From contig NC_092676.1 of NCBI RefSeq assembly GCF_964355755.1, positions 14,402,871 through 14,466,870 on the forward strand: a stretch of DNA of 64,000 nucleotides, read 5' to 3'. The notes under the pieces are model-generated. The model saw only the letters and a list, made by a program, of their open reading frames with translations. It was not told the DNA's origin and did no database searches. A program made the position numbers and the translations under genes. Below are positions 49,338 to 62,198 of this stretch, one piece after another; the stretch's first letter is position 1, and every line of letters begins with the position of its first letter. The DNA is from Antedon mediterranea (lineage: Eukaryota > Animalia > Echinodermata).

Positions 49338-50726
49338 TAAAGTTGAACTTGATTGTGTTCATTGGTTCTCCATAATCTCATCCAATCAACACACTCAACG
49401 GTACAGTGCGGTATATTGTATTGAGAGTTGCATATTATTATCATGACGTCACATTTGATAATTAACATTCAACCTTTATTTATGTGAGTATGACTATGTT
49501 GTCTAGGTTTATAATAGTTCACCAAAATCCCAGCTGGATCTGCCTCATTATTTTCAGTATCTGAATATTCTCATCAATCAAAACCTGCTTCTGCTTCTAT
49601 ACTACTGTCATCGGAACTATCACTTTCAAGAGTGGATTTGGGTTTCTCCATTTCTTTTTAAACCATCTTTTCAAAATCTATATTATTCAATTAAAATTGA
49701 CAACTTAAGCTTGACTTTATTTATTACCTTTAGTGTTGTATCAATCAAACTAAAATCACATGTTTTTAATAAGAAAATAAACAATAATTATTTTATTATT
49801 AGGTCTAAGTAATAATGATTCATGAGTATCTTATTGTCATCACCATCACCCGGTTGCGTTTCAATCACTTTGCTGACTGTCAAAGCCTCATGATCTGCTT
49901 TATGTTATATTTCGACAAGAACTGAAAAATGCATCCATTATTGCCACTGGTGCAATGCGACGGGATGCATAAACATCCTTATGTTTCGATTTCGTATGCC
50001 TAGAAGCATAATCGTTCTGGAAAATGTCATTGCACAAAGTGCAGCGCACATAATAAACCTATTCGCTTTCTCCATTTTTCTAATGGGACAGAGCATCTAG
50101 TTCTGAAGCTATATGTACAGTACGTTGTCTGATAAACTGGGGTGAGTGACCGTATGTGCCCGTTTCTTCTCAGCTGCTGATTGATGCTCCAATACGTCAG
50201 CTAAAGTTAATACCATTCTGGTCCCTGTGTGGAACATTACGCGTAAACCGCAATGGGCTGGACCCAATGTTAAACGATTCGTACAAAGGGTGCGTACCTA
50301 TTGTTTAGTTAAATCGCTGGCAATAATTCATGCAGATAAAGTGTAATAGCCCTCTGACATACTCACAGTCAAAATGAACGTCCCTGTTTTCTAGGCGCTG
50401 AAGCTACTAATGATTTTTACTGTATATTATATTCCCTGACAAAAGGTACTCGCGTTCCCCGACGGGAGGGCTAGGCTCCCCGACGAGGGTACTCTTGTCC
50501 CTACCGGCATAAATGTACAATTTAGATCTTTTAAACATTAATTTTGCCAGAGACATTTACATAATAACAATTTAACACTTGAAGATTTTGTATTTGTTTT
50601 AAATTTCCTGCTTTATGATTAGCAACCATTTCTACTTTGTACCCCAAAGCTTTTGGAGGTGTGCCTTTATAACTATGCCTTTTGTTTGTTAACATCTTTG
50701 ATAGGCTGATTTGCTTTGTTATGTAA

Positions 50727-52838
50727 TTGGTTATCCGCACTTGGATCTTTTTTTTCTCAATGTTCTTCTTTCTTTAAACAAATTTTGTTGCGCGTGTATC
50801 TCTAAATCTTCAACATAACATTGTATAACTTTTTGTGGATTTTTACTTTTATGTTAAACCAAAACAACGAAAAGGAATAAAATTACCTTCGTGACGTTTC
50901 GCCGACAATCTGTCAGCTGCTTCAGACTAATGCCTGGTTTGGAATGGTCTGGAACCAGATGAATTTATTCAATGTAATTGTATAACTTTATTAGAAGATT
51001 GACCTCTATCTAAAGATGTCGTAATAAGGTTTTCGGTCCTGTGTGAGCTAGTTGTGCAGCGTAAGTTACGCGCGAATTTCAATGATCATAGATTAAAAAT
51101 CAAAAATCATTTTGTATTGACACTTTGTGAAAATTTAAGTCATCAAGGGCAAACTTTCTATGGATTAAAAATGGCATTTTTCACAGAAAGTTACGCACGC
51201 ACGTGCGTTAAAAAATTATAATCAACTTTCTATGCATTTCATGTCATTGTGAGCATTTCGAAAATTCCCACGCTTGCGCAATTTTTTATGTGCGTGCACA
51301 CGTAGCGCAAAAAATTTTTTTTTTTGCATGTTTTATGTTTTTCCAGCCTTTTCTAGTAATTTTATCAACTTTTCAAACAATTTCAACTTAAAATCACGTC
51401 CATACACTGTACGAGCACGTCAAATTGCACAATTCGCATGCGTTTTTGATAAAAAAGTTCAAAAATTTGTGAAAATTATGCCTTTTTTTTAACTGTCATA
51501 GATTCTAAACTACGTGGTGAACTTTTTTAAAATGACATATTCTCGAAGTAGATGAGTTGAGGATATTGAGGATATTGAATCATGTATCAATATGGCTAAC
51601 CGGACGTTGTGACGTCATCGTATGGCCACTCGAATATAAAATATAGGATTTTTGTCTCTTTCGTCATAGCTCATCACATTTAATGCGCATCTCCGCTTAT
51701 TCGTATTCCATTTCCCTCCATTTTTTTTTATATTGCCTAGGTCAATCAATTATCTTTCGCAGGATTTACCATTTTTAAAATGTTTATGACGTCATCATGT
51801 GCAAAAGCGTCAATAACTTTGGTCACTTATTTTCACCTATACTGCACTGTATGTAGTGTGTGTTCAAAAATTTGTGAAAATTATGCCTTTTTTTTAACTG
51901 TCATAGATTCTAAACTACGTGGTGAACTTTTTTAAAATGACATATTCTCGAAGTAGATGAGTTGAGGATATTGAGGATATTGAATCATGTATCAATATGG
52001 CTAACCGGACGTTGTGACGTCATCGTATGGCCACTCGAATATAAAATATAGGATTTTTGTCTCTTTCGTCATAGCTCATCACATTTAATGCGCATCTCCG
52101 CTTATTCGTATTCCATTTCCCTCCATTTTTTTTTATATTGCCTAGGTCAATCAATTATCTTTCGCAGGATTTACCATTTTTAAAATGTTTATGACGTCAT
52201 CATGTGCAAAAGCGTCAATAACTTTGGTCACTTATTTTCACCTATACTGCACTGTATGTAGTGTGTGTTCAAAAATTTGTGAAAATTATGCCTTTTTTTT
52301 AACTGTCATAGATTCTAAACTACGTGGTGAACTTTTTTAAAATGACATATTCTCGAAGTAGATGAGTTGAGGATATTGAGGATATTGAATCATGTATCAA
52401 TATGGCTAACCGGACGTTGTGACGTCATCGTATGGCCACTCGAATATAAAATATAGGATTTTTGTCTCTTTCGTCATAGCTCATCACATTTAATGCGCAT
52501 CTCCGCTTATTCGTATTCCATTTCCCTCCATTTTTTTTTATATTGCCTAGGTCAATCAATTATCTTTCGCAGGATTTACCATTTTTAAAATGTTTATGAC
52601 GTCATCATGTGCAAAAGCGTCAATAACTTTGGTCACTTATTTTCACCTATACTGCACTGTATGTAGTGTGTATACAGTATAGTGTATACTGTATATACTT
52701 AGCCGTGACACAAAAGAGCACACTAAAATTGTTTCAATGGCTTAATCGTTTTTCTGTGTGCAATATTCTAACGTATGACGTGCACATGGCCTTTGCGCTA
52801 CGGATAACCTAACTCGTAGTGACGAGTTCAAATCTAGT
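50727..52838 (+). mobile_element. Helentron-derived HINE carrying three 405-bp tandem units
   Basis: 5' subTIR GGTTATCCG (50729-50737), 3' subTIR CGGATAACC (52801-52809), hairpin AACTCGT-AGTG-ACGAGTT (52811-52828), terminal CTAG then TTT; units start at 51461, 51866 and 52271. Confidence 0.78.
50891..50927 (-). ncRNA. minimal type I hammerhead ribozyme motif with a core variant
   Basis: Minus strand GT-CTGAAGC-A-GCTGACA-GAT-TGTCGGC-GAAA-CGTC-AC; CUGANGA reads CUGAAGC. Confidence 0.6.
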
Positions 52839-52877
52839 TTTGTGACTTATAATGTTATCCTTTGTTACAATCTTGTT

Positions 52878-52911
52878 CACCTGATGATGGGTTATGCCCG
52901 AAACATGTCGT
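52878..52911 (+). ncRNA. minimal type I hammerhead ribozyme (duplicate at 57243-57276)
   Basis: CAC-CTGATGA-T-GGG-TTATG-CCC-GAAA-CATG-TC-GT, followed by AATAAA, as in Penelope-like element tails. Confidence 0.75.
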
Positions 52912-53069
52912 ACAAATAAACTTATATTGAGGCAGTTAATTTATTTGATCTTAATTTTGTCTATGCCCTGCCTATGCAGCTCTTTGATTTATATATATAT
53001 ATATCCAAAGGCAAATTACTGAAAAAATGACAATGCTGTGGGTATCAGTGGCTGGATCTCAATGGAGAT

Positions 53070-54800
53070 ACAAAAAAAAAAGCGAAAAGCTAAATCAAAA
53101 CGATAAAGTAAAACAGCCAGAAAAGTTAGCAGAGCTTTCGGGAAACACTAGCCCTTCATCAGTGCATGACAAATGAAGGAATTTTGATAACGTCATAGCA
53201 TAAGAACTGAAGAGAAATACAACAAAAAGGAGACAGGGTGGAGTCTGAATAAGAGTAGAAAACAAAGAAGGAGCTTGGTATAGATATGGAATTTTGATAG
53301 CTGATCTGTGTTGTGTCATTCTCATACGGAGAGTGTTTTTTGTTTATATGAGATAAATGATGTTTTTGGTTAGACAATTAATTGATTGTCCGAAAAATAC
53401 AGCCAGTTTAGTTACTCTTAAATTTTTCAGTAGAATCAACCAATGAACTAAGATTTTGCGCAAAGGTGACTGCCCAAATTTTGCCTTGCATGAGAGTTAA
53501 TTTCACTCTTAAATTTGGATCTGACTAATATATCATGAAGGTTGGGAGGTCTACGAAATGCAATAATGGGTGGTTCTGGAAAAGCAGTCCTGAGACGTTC
53601 TGTGGACTGTAGAATTGGCATATGTTTCACAATAATAGCCCGTAATAGAGGCAACCTAGGGTGATAGATTGTGACCAATGGCACTCTGGTCGAATTTGGC
53701 TGAAATGGTTTGTACGTCAGTGTTTGACATTGAGGAATATCTTTTGCTTTCTTTATAGCAGTTTCGATGTATTCCTTCTTGTAATTTCTTATCCCGGAGA
53801 TGTCCGGTTAGTTCTTCGGTACGATTCTGAAAATCTAAATCTGAAGAACAAATACATCTGATACGTAATGCTTGACTGTCGGGGATGACAACTGCTAGGG
53901 AGCAGGTACATATTTTTATTCGTGGGTTTACGGAATAGGTCAGTTTTGAATGTACCATTTTCTATGCCACTGTAGTGTCCAAAAAATCAACGCTACTAGT
54001 GGATTTGGTAGCTGTAAATTTGATAGTGGGCTGAATTAATATTGAGAAGAAAAGATTCCAAATTATGTTCACCATGGGTCCAGATCATGAAGATGTCGTC
54101 AATGTATCTAAACCAAACAAGTGGTTTATTAGGTTGAAGGGACAGAAAGTTGGCCTCAAGTTGTCCCATAAATAAATTTGCAAAAGATGGCGCCATTTTT
54201 GTTCCCATCGCTGTGCCATGAATTTGAAGGTAATGGTCATTTCCAAAAATAAAATTGTTGTTGGTTAAAATCAACATGACCAATTCTCGTAAATGAGCTT
54301 TAGTAGGCGTTTTGCCTGGAATTTGTTTATAATTTAAAATACATGCGTCGGCTCCTTCTTCGTGAGGGATATTAGTATACAATGATGAAACATCTAATGT
54401 AGCCAGAACAGAATTATTAAGTAAAATTTGAATTTGGTTAATTTTGCGGATAAAGCCTGTGGAGTCCTGAATGTATGAAGGGAGCTCAATCACATATGGT
54501 CTGAGTAAATCATCCACATATTTAGAAATTTTCTCTGTAGCAGTGCCATTGACCAAAATAATGGGTCTACCAGGATTGCCTGCTTTGTGGATTTTAGGTA
54601 GAAAATAAAATCTGCCTGGAACTGGATTAACCTGTGCCAAATGAGGTCCAGTCTTAGGATCGATGGGGTGTTTTTTTACCATCACAGAAACAGATTTGGC
54701 CGTTGTAAGTTTACGATAATGAAGAGGATTGTTTAGCTGTCTTAAGGACTCCTCTTCATAAAATTTGATGTCCATAGCCACAGTGGCAGAACCTTTTTCA
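53070..54800 (-). mobile_element. Penelope-like retroelement (Neptune-type RT), frameshifted, copy 1
   Basis: FYFLPKIHK.GNPGRPI, TLDVSSLYTNIPH, GTAMGTKMAPSFANLFM, WFRYIDDIF, PPIIAFRRPPNL; hammerhead in the tail. Confidence 0.92.
53129..53165 (-). ncRNA. minimal type I hammerhead ribozyme in Penelope 3' tail (duplicate at 57493-57529)
   Basis: Minus strand GCA-CTGATGA-A-GGG-CTAGTGTTT-CCC-GAAA-GCTC-TGC. Confidence 0.8.
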
Positions 54801-55839
54801 TATACAGTAAACACAAATTACATCGCTAATTTTGCATATTTTATCATAAAAATCATAAAATGATAATAGCGACTTTACGAAACACGACGGGAAGCCAAAG
54901 GACAGTGCTCATGAATAATTTATGCATGAACTTTAATAAAGCAGGTGGAGCTTAGCGTGAAATTCAAGCAATTCAGAAGGACCTCGCGCCACGAGAGAGG
55001 GGAGAGAGATACTGTTTGGTTATCGTCGTCTTCACGCAAGGGTGCGTAACTAATAAAACGGCTATGTCAACTGTTTATGACTTTACGCTCTAACAAACAC
55101 AGGATATTTGTCGTCCTCCCTTAACCGTTATGTTTCGTAAAGTCCCTAATGATGGCAGAGTACGATATGTGTGACAGTACATGTTTTTTTGTTGATACAG
55201 TTGAACCTCCGTGAGCAGCCACCTGCCGTAAGCGGCCACCTCCCTTAAGTGGCCACCTCCCTTAAGTGTGGTTCCCACTAGCGACGCAAAGCAAGGACGT
55301 AACGCAGCGCAAGTGAATTGACCAATCACAAGCGATGGCTTATTCGCTTGTGATTGCTCACTGTCTATAACTTCGCTTGTCATTGGTTAAAACTCTTGCG
55401 TTGCGTTTACGTCCTTGCGTTACGTTCTAGTGGGAACCAAGCTTTAACGGCCGCACTTTCAAAAGCCTGTTTGTTCTTGATATAAAGTTTGCGGTATTAC
55501 CGCAAACTTTATATCAACATTTGATTTCGCCATGCAAACCTTCAAACAATATACTGTTTGTTCTTCCTATCTAATTAGTGCATTTGGTACCTCCCGTAAG
55601 TGGCCACCTCCCGTATATGGCCGCAGCCACTTTTTTAACTAAAAATTAGATTTTGTGTATGGTAAATTACCTCCCGTAAGTGGCCACCCGAAAAATTCTT
55701 ATACAATTTTTATACTTATTGTGCTTTATAATATTAGCTATACTGTATTTCAAAGCGCTTTTAAAAACATTTTGGTTTTTTAGATGAGATGAGAAAACTT
55801 TTTTGACCGACCATTTTCATATCATAAAAGCTTTTAAAA

Positions 55840-55897
<58 letters not shown>

Positions 55898-57433
55898 TGA
55901 AAATTTAAGTCATCAAGGGCAAACTTTCTATGGATTAAAAATGGCATTTTTCACAGAAAGTTACGCACGCACGTGCGTTAAAAAATTATAATCAACTTTC
56001 TATGCATTTCATGTCATTGTGAGCATTTCGAAAATTCCCACGCTTGCGCAATTTTTTATGTGCGTGCACACGTAGCGCAAAAAATTTTTTTTTTTGCATG
56101 TTTTATGTTTTTCCAGCCTTTTCTAGTAATTTTATCAACTTTTCAAACAATTTCAACTTAAAATCACGTCCATACACTGTACGAGCACGTCAAATTGCAC
56201 AATTCGCATGCGTTTTTGATAAAAAAGTTCAAAAATTTGTGAAAATTATGCCTTTTTTTTAACTGTCATAGATTCTAAACTACGTGGTGAACTTTTTTAA
56301 AATGACATATTCTCGAAGTAGATGAGTTGAGGATATTGAGGATATTGAATCATGTATCAATATGGCTAACCGGACGTTGTGACGTCATCGTATGGCCACT
56401 CGAATATAAAATATAGGATTTTTGTCTCTTTCGTCATAGCTCATCACATTTAATGCGCATCTCCGCTTATTCGTATTCCATTTCCCTCCATTTTTTTTTA
56501 TATTGCCTAGGTCAATCAATTATCTTTCGCAGGATTTACCATTTTTAAAATGTTTATGACGTCATCATGTGCAAAAGCGTCAATAACTTTGGTCACTTAT
56601 TTTCACCTATACTGCACTGTATGTAGTGTGTGTTCAAAAATTTGTGAAAATTATGCCTTTTTTTTAACTGTCATAGATTCTAAACTACGTGGTGAACTTT
56701 TTTAAAATGACATATTCTCGAAGTAGATGAGTTGAGGATATTGAGGATATTGAATCATGTATCAATATGGCTAACCGGACGTTGTGACGTCATCGTATGG
56801 CCACTCGAATATAAAATATAGGATTTTTGTCTCTTTCGTCATAGCTCATCACATTTAATGCGCATCTCCGCTTATTCGTATTCCATTTCCCTCCATTTTT
56901 TTTTATATTGCCTAGGTCAATCAATTATCTTTCGCAGGATTTACCATTTTTAAAATGTTTATGACGTCATCATGTGCAAAAGCGTCAATAACTTTGGTCA
57001 CTTATTTTCACCTATACTGCACTGTATGTAGTGTGTATACAGTATAGTGTATACTGTATATACTTAGCCGTGACACAAAAGAGCACACTAAAATTGTTTC
57101 AATGGCTTAATCGTTTTTCTGTGTGCAATATTCTAACGTATGACGTGCACATGGCCTTTGCGCTACGGATAACCTAACTCGTAGTGACGAGTTCAAATCT
57201 AGTTTTGTGACTTATAATGTTATCCTTTGTTACAATCTTGTTCACCTGATGATGGGTTATGCCCGAAACATGTCGTACAAATAAACTTATATTGAGGCAG
57301 TTAATTTATTTGATCTTAATTTTGTCTATGCCCTGCCTATGCAGCTCTTTGATTTATATATATATATATCCAAAGGCAAATTACTGAAAAAATGACAATG
57401 CTGTGGGTATCAGTGGCTGGATCTCAATGGAGA

Positions 57434-59164
57434 TACAAAAAAAAAGCGAAAAGCTAAATCAAAACGATAAAGTAAAACAGCCAGAAAAGTTAGCAGAGCT
57501 TTCGGGAAACACTAGCCCTTCATCAGTGCATGACAAATGAAGGAATTTTGATAACGTCATAGCATAAGAACTGAAGAGAAATACAACAAAAAGGAGACAG
57601 GGTGGAGTCTGAATAAGAGTAGAAAACAAAGAAGGAGCTTGGTATAGATATGGAATTTTGATAGCTGATCTGTGTTGTGTCATTCTCATACGGAGAGTGT
57701 TTTTTGTTTATATGAGATAAATGATGTTTTTGGTTAGACAATTAATTGATTGTCCGAAAAATACAGCCAGTTTAGTTACTCTTAAATTTTTCAGTAGAAT
57801 CAACCAATGAACTAAGATTTTGCGCAAAGGTGACTGCCCAAATTTTGCCTTGCATGAGAGTTAATTTCACTCTTAAATTTGGATCTGACTAATATATCAT
57901 GAAGGTTGGGAGGTCTACGAAATGCAATAATGGGTGGTTCTGGAAAAGCAGTCCTGAGACGTTCTGTGGACTGTAGAATTGGCATATGTTTCACAATAAT
58001 AGCCCGTAATAGAGGCAACCTAGGGTGATAGATTGTGACCAATGGCACTCTGGTCGAATTTGGCTGAAATGGTTTGTACGTCAGTGTTTGACATTGAGGA
58101 ATATCTTTTGCTTTCTTTATAGCAGTTTCGATGTATTCCTTCTTGTAATTTCTTATCCCGGAGATGTCCGGTTAGTTCTTCGGTACGATTCTGAAAATCT
58201 AAATCTGAAGAACAAATACATCTGATACGTAATGCTTGACTGTCGGGGATGACAACTGCTAGGGAGCAGGTACATATTTTTATTCGTGGGTTTACGGAAT
58301 AGGTCAGTTTTGAATGTACCATTTTCTATGCCACTGTAGTGTCCAAAAAATCAACGCTACTAGTGGATTTGGTAGCTGTAAATTTGATAGTGGGCTGAAT
58401 TAATATTGAGAAGAAAAGATTCCAAATTATGTTCACCATGGGTCCAGATCATGAAGATGTCGTCAATGTATCTAAACCAAACAAGTGGTTTATTAGGTTG
58501 AAGGGACAGAAAGTTGGCCTCAAGTTGTCCCATAAATAAATTTGCAAAAGATGGCGCCATTTTTGTTCCCATCGCTGTGCCATGAATTTGAAGGTAATGG
58601 TCATTTCCAAAAATAAAATTGTTGTTGGTTAAAATCAACATGACCAATTCTCGTAAATGAGCTTTAGTAGGCGTTTTGCCTGGAATTTGTTTATAATTTA
58701 AAATACATGCGTCGGCTCCTTCTTCGTGAGGGATATTAGTATACAATGATGAAACATCTAATGTAGCCAGAACAGAATTATTAAGTAAAATTTGAATTTG
58801 GTTAATTTTGCGGATAAAGCCTGTGGAGTCCTGAATGTATGAAGGGAGCTCAATCACATATGGTCTGAGTAAATCATCCACATATTCAGAAATTTTCTCT
58901 GTAGCAGTGCCATTGACCAAAATAATGGGTCTACCAGGATTGCCTGCTTTGTGGATTTTAGGTAGAAAATAAAATCTGCCTGGAACTGGATTAACCTGTG
59001 CCAAATGAGGTCCAGTCTTAGGATCGATGGGGTGTTTTTTTACCATCACAGAAACAGATTTGGCCGTTGTAAGTTTACGATAATGAAGAGGATTGTTTAG
59101 CTGTCTTAAGGACTCCTCTTCATAAAATTTGATGTCCATAGCCACAGTGGCAGAACCTTTTTCA
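57434..59164 (-). mobile_element. Penelope-like retroelement, copy 2 (within the tandem duplication)
   Basis: ORF track identical to copy 1 except one K/E change in the 272-aa RT ORF. Confidence 0.92.
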
Positions 59165-60422
59165 TATACAGTAAACACAAATTACATCGCTAATTTTGCA
59201 TATTTTATCATAAAAATCATAAAATGATAATAGCGACTTTACGAAACACGACGGGAAGCCAAAGGACAGTGCTCATGAATAATTTATGCATGAACTTTAA
59301 TAAAGCAGGTGGAGCTTAGCGTGAAATTCAAGCAATTCAGAAGGACCTCGCGCCACGAGAGAGGGGAGAGAGATACTGTTTGGTTATCGTCGTCTTCACG
59401 CAAGGGTGCGTAACTAATAAAACGGCTATGTCAACTGTTTATGACTTTACGCTCTAACAAACACAGGATATTTGTCGTCCTCCCTTAACCGTTATGTTTC
59501 GTAAAGTCCCTAATGATGGCAGAGTACGATATGTGTGACAGTACATGTTTTTTTGTTGATACAGTTGAACCTCCGTGAGCAGCCACCTGCCGTAAGCGGC
59601 CACCTCCCTTAAGTGGCCACCTCCCTTAAGTGTGGTTCCCACTAGCGACGCAACGCAAGGACGTAACGCAGCGCAAGTGAATTGACCAATCACAAGCGAT
59701 GGCTTATTCGCTTGTGATTGCTCACTGTCTATAACTTCGCTTGTCATTGGTTAAAACTCTTGCGTTGCGTTTACGTCCTTGCGTTACGTTCTAGTGGGAA
59801 CCAAGCTTTAACGGCCGCACTTTCAAAAGCCTGTTTGTTCTTGATATAAAGTTTGCGGTATTACCGCAAACTTTATATCAACATTTGATTTCGCCATGCA
59901 AACCTTCAAACAATATACTGTTTGTTCTTCCTATCTAATTAGTGCATTTGGTACCTCCCGTAAGTGGCCACCTCCCGTATATGGCCGCAGCCACTTTTTT
60001 AACTAAAAATTAGATTTTGTGTATGGTAAATTACCTCCCGTAAGTGGCCACCCGAAAAATTCTTATACAATTTTTATACTTATTGTGCTTTATAATATTA
60101 GCTATACTGTATTTCAAAGCGCTTTTAAAAACATTTTGGTTTTTTAGATGAGATGAGAAAACTTTTTTGACCGACCATTTTCATATCATAAAAGCTTTTA
60201 AAATCTTAAAATCATAAGTAATACTAAACTACCTGATCATAAACAATAAAATACAATTAGCTGGAGAATTTAGAGGCCTGTTGCGTTAAGAGCGGTGAAA
60301 AAAAAAATCATGCATAGCCATAAATACATGATTCTGACCCTCTATCTATTCTCAAACAAATGAACAACAGAAGATTATGAAGGGGATTATTTTGTACTAA
60401 ATATTTCTACTTGTCATTTCAG

Positions 60423-60590
60423 AGCCTCTGTAGACAGTTTGGAATTGGATACCTTATTCAGATGGTCTTCAACATTTTAAAGTCAATGATGAGAGTAAAT
60501 AAAATTCCAAGTGGATTGCTGCATTCACTCTACCATCATGATAATTTTCGTCTTGGTATTTTTCTAGGGTTATATACAGCTATATTCAAG
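60423..60590 (+). CDS. TMEM135: TMEM135 coding exon 9
   Basis: tttcag acceptor; SLCRQFGIGYLIQ...DNFRLGIFLGLYTAIFK (cf. FSVGYLIQ...ENFQLGAFLGSFVSIYK); gtatct donor. Confidence 0.92.
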
Positions 60591-60929
60591 GTATCTATTT
60601 CAGCTCAGTTTTCAAATGTAAATCTTGGTGCATGGGCCAGTACCAGTTTTTTGCGCAAGCAATATCAAATTCGTAGCATATGCTACCATACATTTATGTC
60701 AATTTTTTAGAAATCCATGATAGCAATGCCAATTGTACAGCTTAATAGTCTACAGAAAATATGCAAACAAAAAAATTGGGGTAGGAGTAATTTTTTTTCT
60801 AATATTAACTTATAACTTTCAGTTTTTAACAAACAAAATACAATAGATCTTATGCAAGTTAACATTTTTCAAAAATGAATGTACAATGCATTATAAAGAA
60901 ATTTGTTCGTCATAGTGATAATTGTAGAC

Positions 60930-61460
60930 AATTATGGGCTAGGTGGTAACATTTTTGCGAATAAGATTTTCTTCTGGCATGGCCTTGATGTTCTTTGAGC
61001 CTGGTTTGAAGGTAATGTATACCTTTCCACATTCACATGGGATACAGTATACACCAGGTTGACTGTGTTTAGATGGTTTGTTCTTGTACATTTGAAGACA
61101 CTGTGACAGCTTGTTGACTGCACTGTGAAATACCTTTATGTCAGCGTTTTGTAGTACTCGCTGGATACGATGAGAAAGCTGTCCCAAATATGGTAAACAT
61201 ACAGACTTTCTGAAATCTGCAGGATCCCTGATGTTGGTTGATGATAACTTAAAGTCCTTCCTGTTGATTTCCAATGCTTTGTTGACATGTTGTATATCTT
61301 ATCGAAGACATTTCTTGTCACTGATGGTGTGGGCTCTTTTGATAAGTTTTACAAACTGATTTCTTCGTTGATATCTGTCCGTGTGAGTGGGTTTGCGATA
61401 AACTTTGATCTACATTCGCTTTTATTGCGTAGTAAGCGGTGCACAGTTGTATTCTCCCAC
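60930..61460 (-). mobile_element. Penelope-like fragment (RT thumb to GIY-YIG endonuclease start)
   Basis: VYRKPTHTDRY, LPYLGQLSHRIQRVL, PGVYCIPCECGKVYI. Confidence 0.85.
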
Positions 61461-62134
61461 CCGGGTTTAGGCTAAAAACAAATTGTTTTATGAGAGTGCT
61501 ATTTCTGGGTATCTAGAGGTGCCATCATTCACTTTGGGCTGGACTCTCCAGCTGGTTAGGTCAGATGCAAAATTCCCATTCACCTTGACCAATTTAAAAA
61601 ATGTTCCGCTGGCTCAGGCATTAAATGGTATGATACTACTGTACAACGTAATAATAATAATAATACATACAAATAATACAAACAATGTAGCTGATAATTG
61701 GCTTAATTTGCATATAAAGGAGTAGTCACTCTGAACATACATATATACACATATTCTTTCTTTTTAATATGTGCACATTTATGTCAATGTGTAGAGCCTC
61801 ATTTATAGGTCCTGTCTCATTGTTTTACATTTTGTTTATATCAATGTTTTTGTTTTTTTTAGGCAAAATAAATGATAATAAACTGTAGGTTTAAATTTTA
61901 GTAATATTACTTATTATTACGAATTATTTAATTCTTCATTTGAGAATTTTTTTATGGAATTAAGACACATACACACAAATCTGTTGTCCTCTATTACTGA
62001 GGACTAGGCAACAGTACTGATTTAAATTAAAACTTTTAAAGGTTTTTACATTAATGGGATAGTGTTTAACTGTTAGGAACTGTCTGTGGCCGCAAGATAC
62101 AAAATGTGTTACAATGTCTTCCTTTTTTATGCAG

Positions 62135-62198
62135 ACTCTTTGTTGTACATTCAGGTGGTTTAGAAAAACAGATCATCCAATACATGGATTAATAGCAG
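62135..62198 (+). CDS. TMEM135: TMEM135 coding exon 10 (gene continues beyond window)
   Basis: tgcag acceptor; TLCCTFRWFRKTDHPIHGLIA(G) (cf. [20 protein letters not shown]); gtaagt donor. Confidence 0.9.

Larger units (their letters stand above)
42220..50510 (-). mobile_element. fragmented hAT transposon (ZMYM1/DUF4371-type transposase pseudogene) with nested insertions
   Basis: Minus-strand order: C2H2-like VRCTLCNDIFQNDYASRHTKSKH (~49970-50055), GYCNWKK (~48740), RAQGYG and YVHCFCHRLNLVI (~47215-47355), KYASDVLQ (~46880), dimerisation motif LPVSSAECERNFSSMRLIKNYLR (~42870-42940); CCCCGAC motifs at both ends. Confidence 0.82.
51124..60207. repeat. near-identical tandem duplication (51124-55841 and ~55894-60207) joined by T55
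   Basis: Identical ORFs at offsets 4770 and 4364; copy 2 has one fewer 405-bp unit; T run at 55842-55896. Confidence 0.95.

Noticed and set aside
55803-55991. poly-Phe protein
   Set aside because: Artefact of the T55 run at the duplication junction.
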